Below are positions 24,746-37,843 of a stretch of 64,000 bases of DNA, in pieces (the stretch's first letter is position 1; each line of letters begins with the position of its first letter). Source of the DNA: Callorhinchus milii (Eukaryota); NCBI RefSeq assembly GCF_018977255.1, contig NW_024704743.1, forward strand, positions 18,974,001-19,038,000, read 5' to 3'. Made by a program: the position numbers and the translations under genes. Under the pieces are notes generated by a model. That model was not told the DNA's origin and searched no databases. It saw only the letters and a list, made by a program, of their open reading frames with translations.

Positions 24746-25469
24746 CCTAATACTCAATATCTCTCTAATTGTATTGAGATAAGTTAAACTATTAATCTAT
24801 TTTACTTTCATCTCTGGCTACACAGTTCTGCTTACTGTGGATCTCTGCCAATACCAAACCATTATCAAGGTTTTCTTTTCTCTCTTTCCCACAGGAAACA
24901 AAGTGAGAGACAGCAATAGAATTGCAGATATCCTAGCAAGCATAGAGGGAGGGAAATAGGTCCTAAACCTTTAGGGCCCTGTCATTTTAATAGGTCCCTT
25001 TTGCACCTCTAGTGATTCCTAGGATAGTTCTGGCGCCACACAGTATTCTTACTTCCTCTCTGTGAAGAACGATGGAGAGCTGTGAATTAGTTTCAGTCAC
25101 ACAGAGGTGTGAAAATGTGCTCCTGATAAGGGAGGAAGGGGAGATGGTGATCTCACACTTCTGATTCCCATGGAATGAGGCAGAATTGCAATTCATGTGA
25201 GCTGCAATGCAGAAGGAGAATATTGGGCAAAATGTAAGCCATCGCTTCTATTTGTTTCTAACGCTGAGTCAGAAAGTTTCCAGAAAGCGTTTTTGATTAA
25301 AACAACACTCCAGGGTGCATTTCAAAAAAATTAAACGCAACTTCCCAGTAATGCAACCAATTTTACTAAAGTCACTGATGTTTAATTTAAGGGGGAATTA
25401 AATGGAGGTTTTCAAAATTAAGAATGATTTGGAAAAAGTAAATGGAGAGATTATTTGCAGTGGTTGTGA

Positions 25470-25685
25470 ATTTTTCTCGGGTCAGCCGGGTGTCTGACAC
25501 ATGCAGAAATCCATCACCATGATTACGAGTATTGAAACCAAACTAAGAATTCCACGGATCCCAGCTACACATACAAATAAATCCCAGAGATAGATTGTTG
25601 CAATGCAATGTTCCACTCCCTACGCCTGGAGGGATGCAACCTGCTTACCTAATTCCCGAAAGTATTAGGTGCAGGTTGGCAGGTT
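25470..25685 (-). mobile_element. SINE-like family C, 5'-truncated, inside a CR1 remnant
   Basis: Colinear with 46495-46695 (gtgtctgacacatgcagaaatccatcaccatg...ggagggatgca...gaaagtattagg). Confidence 0.75.
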
Positions 25686-26317
25686 ATGAAGAGGATGACA
25701 TTGAAGATTAAGTAAGAGAAAAAATAATAATAATTCTTGCATTTGATATAGCGCCTTATCAAGTCTTTGAGACGTCTCAAAGCGCTTCACAGAATGTACT
25801 CTAAAGTGAACTGACTGTGTATTTTGTGGGATAAGCAGGTGCTTATTATTATAATACTAATAATAATCATCATCTTTGCATTGGTATAGTGTCTTTTATG
25901 TCAGGAGGTTGTCTCAAAGCTTCACAGGGCTGTGTGTTTTGTTGGAAGAAGCTTTTTATTCAGTTTGACTGTGGAGCATAGTGGCACAATTAACTATTGA
26001 AATAAAGTCCATTGAACCATTTAGAAGGAATTTGATAAATATTTGAGGAAAAGTAATATGAATGGATATTTGGAAAAAGCAGGGAATGCTAGCATTATCA
26101 CAGATGTGATGGTCTGAAAGGGCTCTTTCAATGCTGTAAATGTTCAGGGGTAACAGTGCAAAGTGTGATGTTATTACTGGTGATGTTTATCATATCGGTT
26201 AAAAATGTGAGACCAGCGTTAACTGCTTTTCACCAATTATTTGATCAATGTGACAATGTCTCTCTCTCTCTCTCTCTCTCTCTGTCCTTCTCTCTCTCAA
26301 TATTGGACTGAGACAAT

Positions 26318-26630
26318 ATAATAATACTCCTTGCATTTGATATAGTGCCCTATCACTCTGTTGAAATGTCGCAAGGGCTTTGCAGGATTTTATTGTAAAA
26401 CGTGTATTTGTAGGCAAAACACAGTTAATTTGCACACAGCAATGTCCCCAAAACAGCCATGAAATCAATGACCAATTTTGGGCGATTATTGGCAAGAACA
26501 CCAGGAGAAATTCCCTTCTCTTTTTGAATAGTTTTAGACTCTGAACTCAAAGTCACGCCATTGGGCTTTTAGACATATAACTTTCTGACTCAAAGATGAG
26601 AGTGCTACCAACACAGCGAGGCTGGCAGAG
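26318..26630 (-). mobile_element. SINE family B, internally deleted
   Basis: Reverse tail, cagcaatgtcccca block and ctttctgactcaaagatgagagtgctacc head. Confidence 0.7.
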
Positions 26631-27126
26631 TGTATGGCAGACACCCGGATGACCTGTGCCAATTGTACAGATTGGATTTTTTTTTTTTGAAGCACAAAAT
26701 TGGGAATTGAAATCCAGAAGTTGCATTTAACACAGTGGTTCCAGATTTCCATTGAGAGGATTGTCTGGCAAGCTTCCCATTGCAGATGGTGCAGCTAGCC
26801 TGCTCTACCTGTTAGGGCTTTGGCTTCGAGGGTTAACAGGAGCTGAGTAGAAAGAATCCCTACCCCTAGTCTGCCATCCATATCCCGTTGGTGAGCCAGG
26901 ATAGCTGGTCTGTCATCAGTGTCATCGGTGATGCCTTGGAGCACTGCCTGGCTCAGAAACCAGACTCCAAGGGTTGACTTGATTGTGACATTCCACTGCC
27001 TAACATGTCACATTGAAGCCAGTTCAGCCCTGAAGAGTTCCCGCTTACCTTCCTGCCCCCCCAAGTAGGAAGGATCAAATGCAAAGGGCCGAAAGGCCAC
27101 CTTCATCTGAGCTCTCTTGTGATCTT

Positions 27127-27460
27127 GGAGTCCTGTAGCATAGTGGTTAGAAAGCCGCCTCACAAGTGAGATCAACTGGGTTTGGTTCCTGAGCAGGGCG
27201 AAACATTAGGCAAGTTACCTGGTAGTAAATATAAACCTGGTTGTTAGTCGATTGCCAGATCACTTTTCTGGGGATAATAATTCCTTTTTTCACAAAAATT
27301 AAATTGGGTCACTCAATCCAGGATTCTGCACAATTGGCTGCTGCGTTTCACCCACAAAATATACAGTCAATCCACTTTGCAGTATATTCTGTGAAGTGGT
27401 TTGAGTCTCAAAAATGTCATAAGGAGCTATATCAAATATAAGGATTATTACTACTATTAT
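27127..27460 (+). mobile_element. SINE family A with deletions
   Basis: ggagtcctgtagcatagtggttag head to ggattattactactatt tail. Confidence 0.85.
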
Positions 27461-28332
27461 CTTGTTAAAATCACAGATTTGAAAAGTTCTGTTTTATCAT
27501 CACCCGACGTGAAAAGTGCTATACAAAATGTAATTTTGTATTGTATCATCATTTCCAATCTGCACAGTGAGGGGACAAACTAATAATATCACACACAGCT
27601 CAGAGCAAAATGTATTCTCATCCCAAAGATCTGATCAGTTCAGGTACAGTTGTATTAGAAGGTGGGGGCAGTGCTATTTAATGTAGATGCTTCTGGCAGT
27701 TCAATCTGGTTTTATTGTTTCTAAATGTGCTGGTCTGGTGTCAGTTACACACTGACATCACTCCACGACCAAAACTGTGCTGTGCTAGTGTGGGTATCAG
27801 GTGTATTTACTTTCACCGAGAACTAAAATTAAGCTGGTTGGTTTTTACATTATTAATTATCTTAGCATCAACACTGCAAACAGCTACTTTTTGCAGCCAA
27901 GTCAAAAAGCAAGCCTGATACCCTGGCAGTATACAGAGATCTTAAGCAACTCCAAGGCATCCATCCGTGTATAGTTTTAGAACTGTGGAGCCAGGTGCAG
28001 GTGCTGTGTGTGACATGTCCTGTGTACCATGTGGCTCCGTGTGATATTCAGTTCCAGCTGTTGGTTAATGGCTCATTCAGTATTGATGCGAAAGTGCATT
28101 GGAAATAAAAGCAGCTGCTCAGTGGGAAGCAGTCATTTTACATTTAAAAAAAGGCTCGTCGAGCTCACTAAGTAAAAGGGCAACTGCTCTCATTTCCCAT
28201 AGTCCTGTCCTTTTTTTAAATAATTAAGTGTGGTTCAAACTCAGAAGACCCTTCACCTCATTTGACCTTACTCTTCCAGAACACCCAGCCTACTATCTTT
28301 CCACGATACCGGGATCTGAAATAGGCCGCTTT

Positions 28333-28492
28333 CAAATGAAATTTCTTAATTAAGGAATCCGGAAGTGCCCCAAGTCATGCCAACTCTCTCCGAACCTTAT
28401 CTCCTTTTAGAGTGGAGTTATCGTACGTTGATGTGATACACGGCGATTGTAGGAGTTTGTGCTCAGATTCCTTAATCAAGGATTCCCATTTG
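28333..28492. mobile_element. MITE-like element with 27-bp terminal inverted repeats
   Basis: caaatgaaatttcttaattaaggaatc versus reverse complement of the right end caaatgggaatccttgattaaggaatc (22/27 match). Confidence 0.6.
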
Positions 28493-28507
28493 GCATTGTT
28501 GCATTTT

Positions 28508-29105
28508 ACAACAACATCCTTGTGAAAGCGCCTTTCACGGGAAGACATCACAAGGCGCTGAACAATCAGGGATCAGGATCCAAGCGTGGGGGGGCAGATT
28601 TGGGGTGAGCGAGGGCAGAGGGGGTAGGAGGATGGCCGAAGGCATGGTCAAAAAGGAGGGTCTTGAGTCGTGCCTTGAAGGAGGCAAGAGAGGGAGCAAG
28701 GCGAAGGGACTGTGGGATAGAGTTCCAAAGAGTGGGGGCAGAGAGGCTGAAAGCCCGGCCATTGATGGTAGGGTGGGTCGGGCAAGAGACCTGGAGCAGG
28801 CCGGACCCTGCTGAGCAGAGGATCGGACAGGTTGGCAGAGGGTCAGCAGGTCAGAGATGTAGAATTGGGCAAGGTTGTGGAGGGCCTTGAAATTGAGGAC
28901 AAGGATTTTGAATTCTACCTTCTGAGGGATGGGGAGCCAGCAGAGCCGGACGAGGGTGATAATAATAATAATAATCCGATGGGGTCACGGAGCCTGGTGC
29001 GGGAGAGGACACGAGCTGCAGAGTTCTGGATGATCTGCAGATTGTGGAGGAAAGAGGCCGACAAGAGGTGACTTCCATAGTCGAGCCTTAATGTGCTAAT
29101 GCGTG
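28508..29105 (-). mobile_element. L2 3' end (ORF2 C-terminus and tail)
   Basis: Reverse strand resembles LSSLLHNLQIIQNSAARVL and the VEFKILVL motif; PPLFGTLSHSPF..SFKARLKTLLF-type end; tail at ~28510-28560. Confidence 0.85.
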
Positions 29106-29667
29106 GTCTAAATGCAAATTTTAGACCCCATTACCCAACTATTGCTTACACGGATCCAGTGCCCTGGCCTCATCCACCCTTGCTGGTATATTATATATAA
29201 ACTATATATATTTATGTGGAGCTCAGTGACTGTTCATATAGACATTACCTCTTGTACTCCCAGAGAAAACCCGAAGGTCCAAATCCCTGACTGTCCAGCT
29301 ACTTTGGGACATCCTCCCTATGTGAAAGGCGTTATATAAATGTAATTTGTTGTTGTTTGTATATCCAAACAAGTCTAATGTTTGGGTTTGGATCCTTGCT
29401 ATACAGTACTTGAATTTCACTTTGTCACCTGTGATGTCATCTTGCTCTCCGGATTAGATTACGTTTTGCAATCTCTCTCGGGTAACTTTCATCTAAATTT
29501 GATATGGCACCAGTCTGGTTTTCAAATGTAAGAATTTTTTTTAAAGTAACAAACGTCGGCAATCAGTGTGCAAGTTATGTCAGTTCAACTTAAGCAGGGA
29601 ACGGAAGCTATTCAATAATAGTTTTGAGAAGCGCTTTGAAACTCTTTTAGATATCTCAACGATGTGA

Positions 29668-29965
29668 TAACAACAAAAACAACAAAATTTTCATGTCGGG
29701 AGGCCATCCCAAGGCACTGGAGAATCAGTGTTTCACTCCCAAGCTGAGGATTGGGAGGGTGGAGGGCAGGGGAGGGGAAGAAGGGTGATTGAAGGCATGG
29801 TCGAAGAGGAAGGTTTTGAGATGGGTCTTGAAGGAGGCAAGGGAGGGGGCGAGGTGGAGGGTCTACGGGATGGAGTTCCAGAGGTCGGGGAAGGTGTGGC
29901 TAAAGGCCTGCCCGCCAATGGTGGGTTGGGCGAGGTGGGGGATGTGAAGCAGGCCGGAGCCAGGG
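29668..29965 (-). mobile_element. L2 3' end
   Basis: (AAC)n tail and gaaggcatggtcgaagaggaaggttttgag block shared with other L2 ends. Confidence 0.8.
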
Positions 29966-29970
29966 CATAC

Positions 29971-30198
29971 GCTTTGAGACGCCTAGAAGGCGTGAAAAGC
30001 GCTAAATCAAAATGCAAAGATTATTATTTGCATTTTATATAGCGCCTTATCAAGCCTTCGAGACGTCTCAAAGCGCTTCACAGAATACACTGTTAAGTGA
30101 ATTGACTGCATATTTTGTGGGCGAAACATGGCAGCCAATTATGCACCGCAGTGTCCCACAAACAGTAGTGGATTGAGTGACCGAATTATTATTATTTT
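29971..30198. mobile_element. SINE tail (+) fused tail-to-tail with a 5'-truncated SINE A (-)
   Basis: Fold-back centred on gattatta at ~30019-30026. Confidence 0.8.
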
Positions 30199-31050
30199 TA
30201 TTAAGATAGCTTGGTTAGGCAAACTCATAGGTTGCCTCACCTGTCAAAAAGGTCACCAGCTGCCACTTGAAAAGCAAACGATATGAGGGAAAGAGCGTGG
30301 GAGTGGGACCAATTCAATAGGTCTTTCAAAGAGTCGGCACAGGCACAATGGGTCGAATGACCTCCTTCTATGCTGTAGAATTTTATGATTCACTGATGGA
30401 TCCTGTGCAAAGCCACAAGGTGCGCAGGGACTGTGAAAAGCACCCAAAGCCAAGGTCGAAGAGGTAAGTTTCTTAAGAATTTGCAGGTCGAAGAAAAAGG
30501 AAATCATGAGGACACTGGGAATGTTAATGCTGAGAGTGCAAGAGCGATTATGGCTGGGGTTTAGATGCAGTGAGTGTAGTGATAGATTTTTGTTCTCATT
30601 ATTTATTCAGTTTGGGTGTGTACGGAAAAAATGTGTGCAAATTGGTCCTGTGTATAGTCTCGTCCTTTTCTGATGTTAACCTCAGGAGCAGAGGGCAGGA
30701 GAAGAGAGGAGCAGGAGCTGATGTTATTGGTAGTGGCATACGGCAGTCTTAAATCCGTTCATTCCAGCAGTGGCTCATGGGCTCATGGCATGAGCAGACA
30801 CTGAGAATTGTCCTCACTACCCTATGTGCACGTATGGCAAAATAGTCCTCAACTCATTCTTTGCTTTGAGTGCCATTTGGCACTGTTCCCGCTGCAACCT
30901 TTGACAGATGGTGACACTGTTGCAGCTGTCAAAGGCAAAGTGACATTCCAGAATTGTAACGGCCTGTATTGGAAGAGATGAATTTTCTGTGAGTGTATAG
31001 TTTGGAGCATATGAAGCATAGTGGGGATTTGGGGGGGGAAACAAGGTCAC

Positions 31051-31474
31051 AAAATCACAAGGTTAGTTCAGATGAGAAGGTCCTTCGGCTTATCTGATCT
31101 CGTCCTTCCAGAATAGCCATCAAGCTACTTCTTAAATGAGTTCCAGTCCTGGCCTCAACCACCCTTCTTGGCAACCTGTCCCAGACTTGTTAATTGCCCT
31201 TTGGATAAAGAAAAACTTCCTGCTATCTGTCTTGACATTGCCCTTTGCAACTCAAAACCTATAAAATCACAAGGTTAGTTCAGATGAGAAGGTCCTTCGG
31301 CTTATCTGATCTCGTCCTTCCAAAATAGCCATCAAGCTACTTCTTAAATGAGTTCCAGTCCTGGCCTCAACCACCCTTCTTGGCAACCTGTCCCAGACTT
31401 GTTAATTGCCCTTTGGATAAAGAAAAACTTCCTGCTATCTGTCTTGACATTGCCCTTTGCAACTCAAAACCTAT
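31051..31474. repeat. Tandem duplication, 2 x 212 bp, of a CR1-like 3' fragment
   Basis: 31051-31262 matches 31263-31474; the only difference I see is G31111 versus A31323. Confidence 0.95.
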
Positions 31475-31869
31475 ATTTTCTTGTTCTACAATCTTGGGGC
31501 ATGTGAAAACACTTTCCTCACACAACCTTCTCCCCTCCAGGATAAAATATCAATGTAAACTGTGTGTTTCACTCACAAAATACACAATCAATAGATACAC
31601 TTTATAATATGTCCTGTGAAGCACTTTGAGACATCCTGAGGCACTTTGAGACATCCCAAATTGACTGTGGGGAAACATATAACATATTTCTAGACTACCA
31701 AACGCGGTTGACAAAGTACCAGATGAAAGAATCTTTCACAAAGTATCAAGGACAAGACAGGGTCATGGTACAAGATTAGGTGAAGGGAAACCAAGAGTTT
31801 TAGGGAAACTAGGTCTAACTGTGAGGATTGTATTGAGTCCCCTCCTGTTCCTTGTTTATATTAGTGACC

Positions 31870-32176
31870 CAGCCTATTCTAGCCTAACACTAGTGCAATG
31901 CTGCATTGTCAAAGGTGTTGCATTCTTTGAATCAGATGACAAACTGAGGTCCCATCTAACTCATCACATAACACTATTCAAAATGAAAAGGGAGTTTTTT
32001 CCAGCGTCCTAGCCAACAATCCCACAGATAAAATTAGCCATTCACTTCATGGCCTTTTGTAGGACTCTCTGCAAATTGGTTGCTGCATTTGCCCCAAAAC
32101 TAGTCATGACAGTAAATCCTGAGAAGTGCTTTGAGGTATCTCGACAACATAATAAGGTGGTATATCAATTATTATT
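31870..32176 (+). mobile_element. SINE family B (headless)
   Basis: Core and tail motifs. Confidence 0.7.
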
Positions 32177-33719
32177 TTGTTATACATGGGAGGGCTCTGT
32201 TTTTTTTCTTTGGTCCTTTACGTCTTTTTATCTTTTTCTCACTGTGGGGTAAAACGTGTGAGGGCTGACATGATAATTGCACGAGTAATCATCATCACTT
32301 GGTTGATAAACACAGCATTGGAAAGTCAACAATTAAAGACTGGTCGTGAGTATGAGACTTGAGTAGTGGTTTGTCTTAACTCTGAATTATTTTGTTGAGT
32401 TAAAACAGTAATCTGCAAATCAACACACAGCAACAACAATAACTTGCATTTATATAGCGTCCTTCTTGCAGGGTAGTATCTCGAAGCGTAGATCATAAAT
32501 CCCATGATCAAAGTGGTAACTCTGATGACAATTTCATTTTGGCTTTGAGCTCAATCATTGAAACCAAAATTTATGGGAGGGAAGGAATAATTGTCTCTTG
32601 ACCTAATTTATCAGCGATGTGATATGTCACATCACACCTGTAAATAAGTTTCCTCCTTCTCTTTTTCAATTGTTTTTTTCTTTCTCCAGTTTCTCTTTTT
32701 TGTTTTTCTTATCTCCAGGATCTCTACTGCAAGAAATTAAATTACATACACATTACACATGCTCACACAGCAAACTGGCCAGAAAGGTAGAATGTGGAAT
32801 TGCCTTGTGATTGACAGGATTCTAGATAGGGCCACCAATCTCTTTGCTCTGTCCCTGGTTCCAGCATATTAGGGTATAATAAATTTCCCCAGTGCAAAAC
32901 TGCGTCCCCATATGCACAGATTAGTTGTAAAAATGCTTAACATTTTCCTTGGAAATCCCTCGATTACACAGGCTAGGTAGGCTGATCCTATCATCACTGA
33001 GTACTCCACTCAGTTGGTATTCCCTGTTAGAAAGCAAATAACGCAAATGTGTTGGAAAAATTGAATCATTGCTCCCTTGTGCAACAATGGTTGCTGTAGA
33101 TAAACAGGCTTTTGACGAGCAACAACATGAACGAACCCACATGTTGTTTGCAGCAAAGTCTAAGTGACTTTTTGTTACTAACTTTGTTACTACGTAGCTT
33201 GGATTTCCAGCTCAAGGCATTAAAAATAGTGAATATGCTTTTACTGTTGTTTATTAATGGACTTAATGAATACATTTGTAACGGGAGGGGGTGGGGGGAA
33301 CACTTGCATTGCAGGTTATATCTATTGAGTAATTTCAAGATAACTCATTGTGCAGCGGGAATTCAGTCTGGCTTATTATTATAGATTTTTGTTCAAAGGG
33401 AGAGATTTTAATCCTCCTTATCTGATCTAAAATTCCACATCACTTTAAGGGGTGTAATATAATAACAATAATTATAACCTAATGCAACCCAACCAAAGCA
33501 CTGTATGACTTAGGCATGACTTCTAGGAATCTAAATTCAACCTATTTGGCAATGTAATGCAGCATCCCATTTGCATCCCTTTATTTTTTTCCAAGAATGT
33601 GGTTAGTGATAGTCAACAAACACCCCTAGGTCACTTTCATCTACCCACTTCATATGTTCTATCACATCCATAGGGTTCTAGTGTTTCCTATTTTCACTTT
33701 CCAAATATACTATCTTGCA

Positions 33720-34730
33720 TATCTTCTACCCCACATCCATTCCCTGACCAGGACCGCAATTTTCCACTTCCGTCACATTGCCCACCTCTTTCCGTACCTC
33801 ACAGCAAAAGCAGCCGAAACACTTGTTCATGCCTTCATCACTTCTCGGCTGGTCTATTCCAATGTCCTCCTGGCTGGTCTACCCAGCTCCACAATAAAAA
33901 TACAATTCATTCAGAACTCCGCAGCCCGGATTCTTACCCACACAAAGTAGAGTCCTGTAGCTCAGTGGTTAGAGCACTCGCTTTGCAAGTGAGAGACCTG
34001 AGTTCAATTCCAGGCAGGGCGAAACCTTGGGCAAGTTTCCTTACTCCACACGCCTAATAATAATCCCTCCAAAACTAAAAACAATAATTGAATTGGTCAT
34101 TTTCAATCTACGACTGTTTGTGGGACATTGCTGTGCGCAATTGGCTGCCGCGTTCGCCCACAAATATACAGTCAATTCACTTTACAGTGTGTTCTGTGAA
34201 GCACTTTGGGACGTCCTCCCGACGTGAAAAGCGCTATATCAAATGCAAGTATTATTATTATTATTATTATTATAAAACTCTGTACTCACCATCATACCAC
34301 AGTGCTTGCCAGGCTCCACTGGCTTCTAATTACTGAGTAGATCGATTATAAGATCCTCTTACTCGTTTTCAAATCCCTTCATGCCCTCGCACCTCCCAAC
34401 CTATCCGATTTGTTTTCCCCCCCACTCCCCCACCCGCTGCCTCTGCTCAGCTGGCTCCAGCCTTCTGTTCGTTCCTCGTCCCCTCTGCTCCACCATCATG
34501 ATTATGCCTTCAGCCACTATCCCCCCAAAACTCTGGAACTCTCTCCCTTAATCTCTCACCTTGCCCGCTCCCTCCCCACTTTCAAATCTTGCCTAAAGAC
34601 CTGCCTTTTTGATCATGCTTATAGTCCCCTCACCCGTCCCTCTCCCCCTGGATTGGGGTCAGATTCCGCCACTGTCAAGTGCTCCGGGACGCTACCCCGC
34701 GTGAAGAGTGCTATATAATGTTGTTGTTGC
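33720..34730 (+). mobile_element. L2 3' portion interrupted by SINE A
   Basis: HIHSLTRTAIFHFRHIA..AETLVHAFITSRLVYSNVLLAGLP..IQNSAARILT, resuming after 34275 (TFKSCLKTCLFD) and ending in (GTT)n. Confidence 0.9.
33950..34274 (+). mobile_element. SINE family A, young short subfamily
   Basis: Intact head with ctcgc-tttgcaa-gtgag anticodon-like arm and long (TTA)n tail; near-identical to 54694-55010. Confidence 0.95.
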
Positions 34731-36979
34731 ATTGAGTGATATTAAACTTGATTTGCCAATGATCAGCCCAGTTGCATATCCTACTGATCTCTTTTTGTAA
34801 GATCTTGGCTTGCTTCTCTGATTCCCCAGTTTTCCTCAGTAGGTTAAAGGGCTCGGTTCCCTTATTATCCTCAATCGGAATGAAGAAAAGAAAATAGTTT
34901 GAGATATCTACTAGATTTACTAGATTAGCGATGTGTTAAAAATATATAGTTTTGAATTCTTACCAACAAAATGCCACATTATCCTAATCCAACATAAGGT
35001 AGGTTGCATGGACTTCAAGGCTGGTTGCCCCTTCAGTTGAATAGAAATTTATTGGCAGCCTCTCAGCTGAATTAGCACTGACCTCCTCCAGAGTAACATA
35101 CCATCAACAGCAAATATTTCCACTGATGGGGAGGAGGAAATATGCTTATGTTAGCACATTGCAAAATTGCACAGATAATATAGATCATGGTGTGAATGTA
35201 ATTTCACGTAGCCACAAGGGAAATAAAATCTTGCTCTTAATGTTCCATATATTATTGCTAAACACATTTTCTGACATTTAAATAATGTTTTGTTCCTTTT
35301 GTGCCTTCGCCTCTAATCATTTTACAAGCGTAAATTGAAGCAAAGCAATTCTTACAGTGACAGATTGCTAATACGATACAATTTACGTTTATATAACGTC
35401 TTTCACATCAGGAGGACAAATCAAAGTGCTTAAACCCCAATGTAATATGCGACAATAAATAAGGTAATATCTTGGTTTATTTGTGGGAACAAGTGATTTG
35501 GACGTCTCTGAGTTGGCTCAGAGCAGCATTGGCAGAGGCCTGGGAAAGTCATCCATTTGCCTAATTGGAGCTAGTACCAATGGAAGAAACCAGTGTGAAA
35601 AAGGGGGTTCAGATCTTCCCCAAAGAAAACCATAGGTCAAGGTTCAAGATTATTACACTGCAATAAAAAAGTAAACTGCCAAATTTGTTTCTCCATGGGG
35701 TAATCAACATAGCTTTGCAATCTGAAAACATTTTCTAAATCCTTTTTCTGATGCATTTTAGCTCCACTATTTCCCTCATGGATTGTACTCAGAAAAAGCT
35801 TTGGAGACATAATAATTTTAACTCTTTCCCCTTTTCCTTTTTCCCAACAAACCTAAGGAAGTTCGTTTGATAAGGGTTCAAATGTAAGGGCCATTATTAT
35901 TTTTACCACAAACTAGACCCTGTTGTTATATTGATATTTTTACTCAATATACATAACATGAAGACTTTGACCATGCAGAAATTATAGGAACAAGGTAATT
36001 ATATTAACTGAGTTCTTTGGTAAGAAAGGTTTCTTTCTCTTGCTGTCATTACAAGTTGCAGCTTTACATTTTGTTTTTAAATTCCTGCTATCATCAGTTT
36101 ATGTAGGATCACAGAAAGCCTGGCTCTTTTGCTGACAGCCACGTATTAGCAACAACATCAGTATGTTGCTTCGGATACTTTTCCTGTTTATCAAGCAGTA
36201 AGTAGGAATTCGGTTGTTAGTCGATTGGTGGATCGCTTTCCTAACGTTCGCCCTTTTATTTGATGTTGCGCCTTTCTCATCAAGAGGACATCTCGATTAC
36301 ATTTAAGTAATTTGTGATTTGGTGATTCATCGTGAAGTTACAAATCTATGAATTTTAAGATTATTGAGAATTATTTTAGAAAATCAGTCATTAGTTGAAG
36401 ATGAACTTCAAAATGACAATTTTGTTCTTTAAAAAAATAGATATATGCTTAAAATGCTGCATCTGAATAAACGTCAGGGTTATAGCTGTATAATGTATCT
36501 AAAGTTTGTCTTTACTTTTGTTTATTTTAGATGTAACCTAAGACCATGTTTGAAGCAGCACCTCAGCTAATCCACTGTCTATCTAATTACTAATAATTGC
36601 GCTCCTAGGAACAGAAGATAGCATGAGGCCAGACAAGGGCGTTCAGTCCATCACTCCCATTCCTTCCGCAGGCCACCTGCAATCTCTACCTAAAATAAAC
36701 TATTGATTCATTTCAACTCTTGAACCCAAGCTAAGAGAGAGTTTAAATGGCGGGTGGGGCGGGGTGGGCAAGTGAGAGGGAACAAAACTCAGTCAGAGAT
36801 GTGGGTCTGCAGACAGGATTTGAATGCGGAGAAGGAAGGGGTGAGATGGAAGGATTTGGGGAGAGTTCCAGAGGAAAGGAGGTAAAGTATTGAAACTCAC
36901 TCACTCACAGTGGGGCAGAGTCAAAGGGAGCGTGGAGCGAGCTGGAGTGAGGGGCCGGGGAGTAAGATCAAAGGAAATC

Positions 36980-37386
36980 GTCGCACTTTCATCTCTGAGT
37001 CAGAAAGTTATGGGTTCAAGCCCCATGTCAGAATTTTGAACTCACCATCTAGGTTGACTCTCCAATACAGTGCTACGGGAGTACTCCATTATTGGAGATG
37101 CAGTCATCCAGATGTGATGTAAACGGAAGCCTATGTAGGTGGATTTTAAAGATCCCAATGTACGATTTTAAAAAGAGAAGGTAGTTTTCTCCCAGTGTCC
37201 TGGCCAGCAGTCCCCCAGATAAAATTCACTTCATGGCTGTTTGTGGGACATTGCTATGTACACATCAGTTGCCATGTTTGCTTACAAATACAAGTCACTA
37301 TATTTTACAGTAAAATCATGTGAAGTGCTTTGAGATACTCTCCTGATGTGAAGGGAGCTATATCAAATCCAAGGATTATTATTATT
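36980..37386 (+). mobile_element. SINE family B, full length
   Basis: ctctgagtcagaaagttatgggttcaagcccc head, core and tail. Confidence 0.85.
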
Positions 37387-37644
37387 TGTGAGCCTCGAGT
37401 ATATTGCCAAGCTATATTCTTCTTGTGGCACTCACATTTTTCAACAGCAATGTTGGGGTAACACATATTAAATGATTACAGATGATAACATACAGTTACA
37501 AGTTTGATTCCAAGTGTGTGCAGTCAACTCATTTCAGTAGATGCCATAATTTGAGCGCTACAAAACAACACCCCTGGGTTAGAAAAATAAGGACTAACTT
37601 GCTAGGGCTTTCTGTACGAGCTGCAAACTGGAGAAAGAGTGAGA

Positions 37645-37843
37645 GAAATAATTCCTTCAAAATAAATGAAAATTATTTGGTCACTCGTTCCACGACTGTT
37701 TGTGGGACACTGCCGTCCGCAATTGGCTGCCCAGTTGTGCCCACAGCATATACATTCAATTCACTTTACAATATATTCTGTGACATGCTTTGAGACATGT
37801 CGCAGATGTGTAAGATGCTATTTCAAAATGCAAGGATTATTAT
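37645..37843 (+). mobile_element. SINE family A 3' half
   Basis: ataattccttcaaaataa...ccacgactgtttgtgggacac...caaggattatt. Confidence 0.8.

Noticed and set aside
30396..30469. ATG..AG|GTAAGT possible fourth micro-exon (MDPVQSHKVRRDCEKHPKPRSK)
   Set aside because: Phase 2, incompatible with the phase-0 CACNB junction. The phase-0 frame has a stop and no ATG, and ggtcgaagagg is a recurrent L2 motif.
33950..34022. tRNA-Ala(TGC)-like cloverleaf (also at 3009, 14434, 15735, 54940-55010)
   Set aside because: Always continues into the SINE body and tail, with an imperfect acceptor stem and no terminator; a SINE head, not a tRNA gene.
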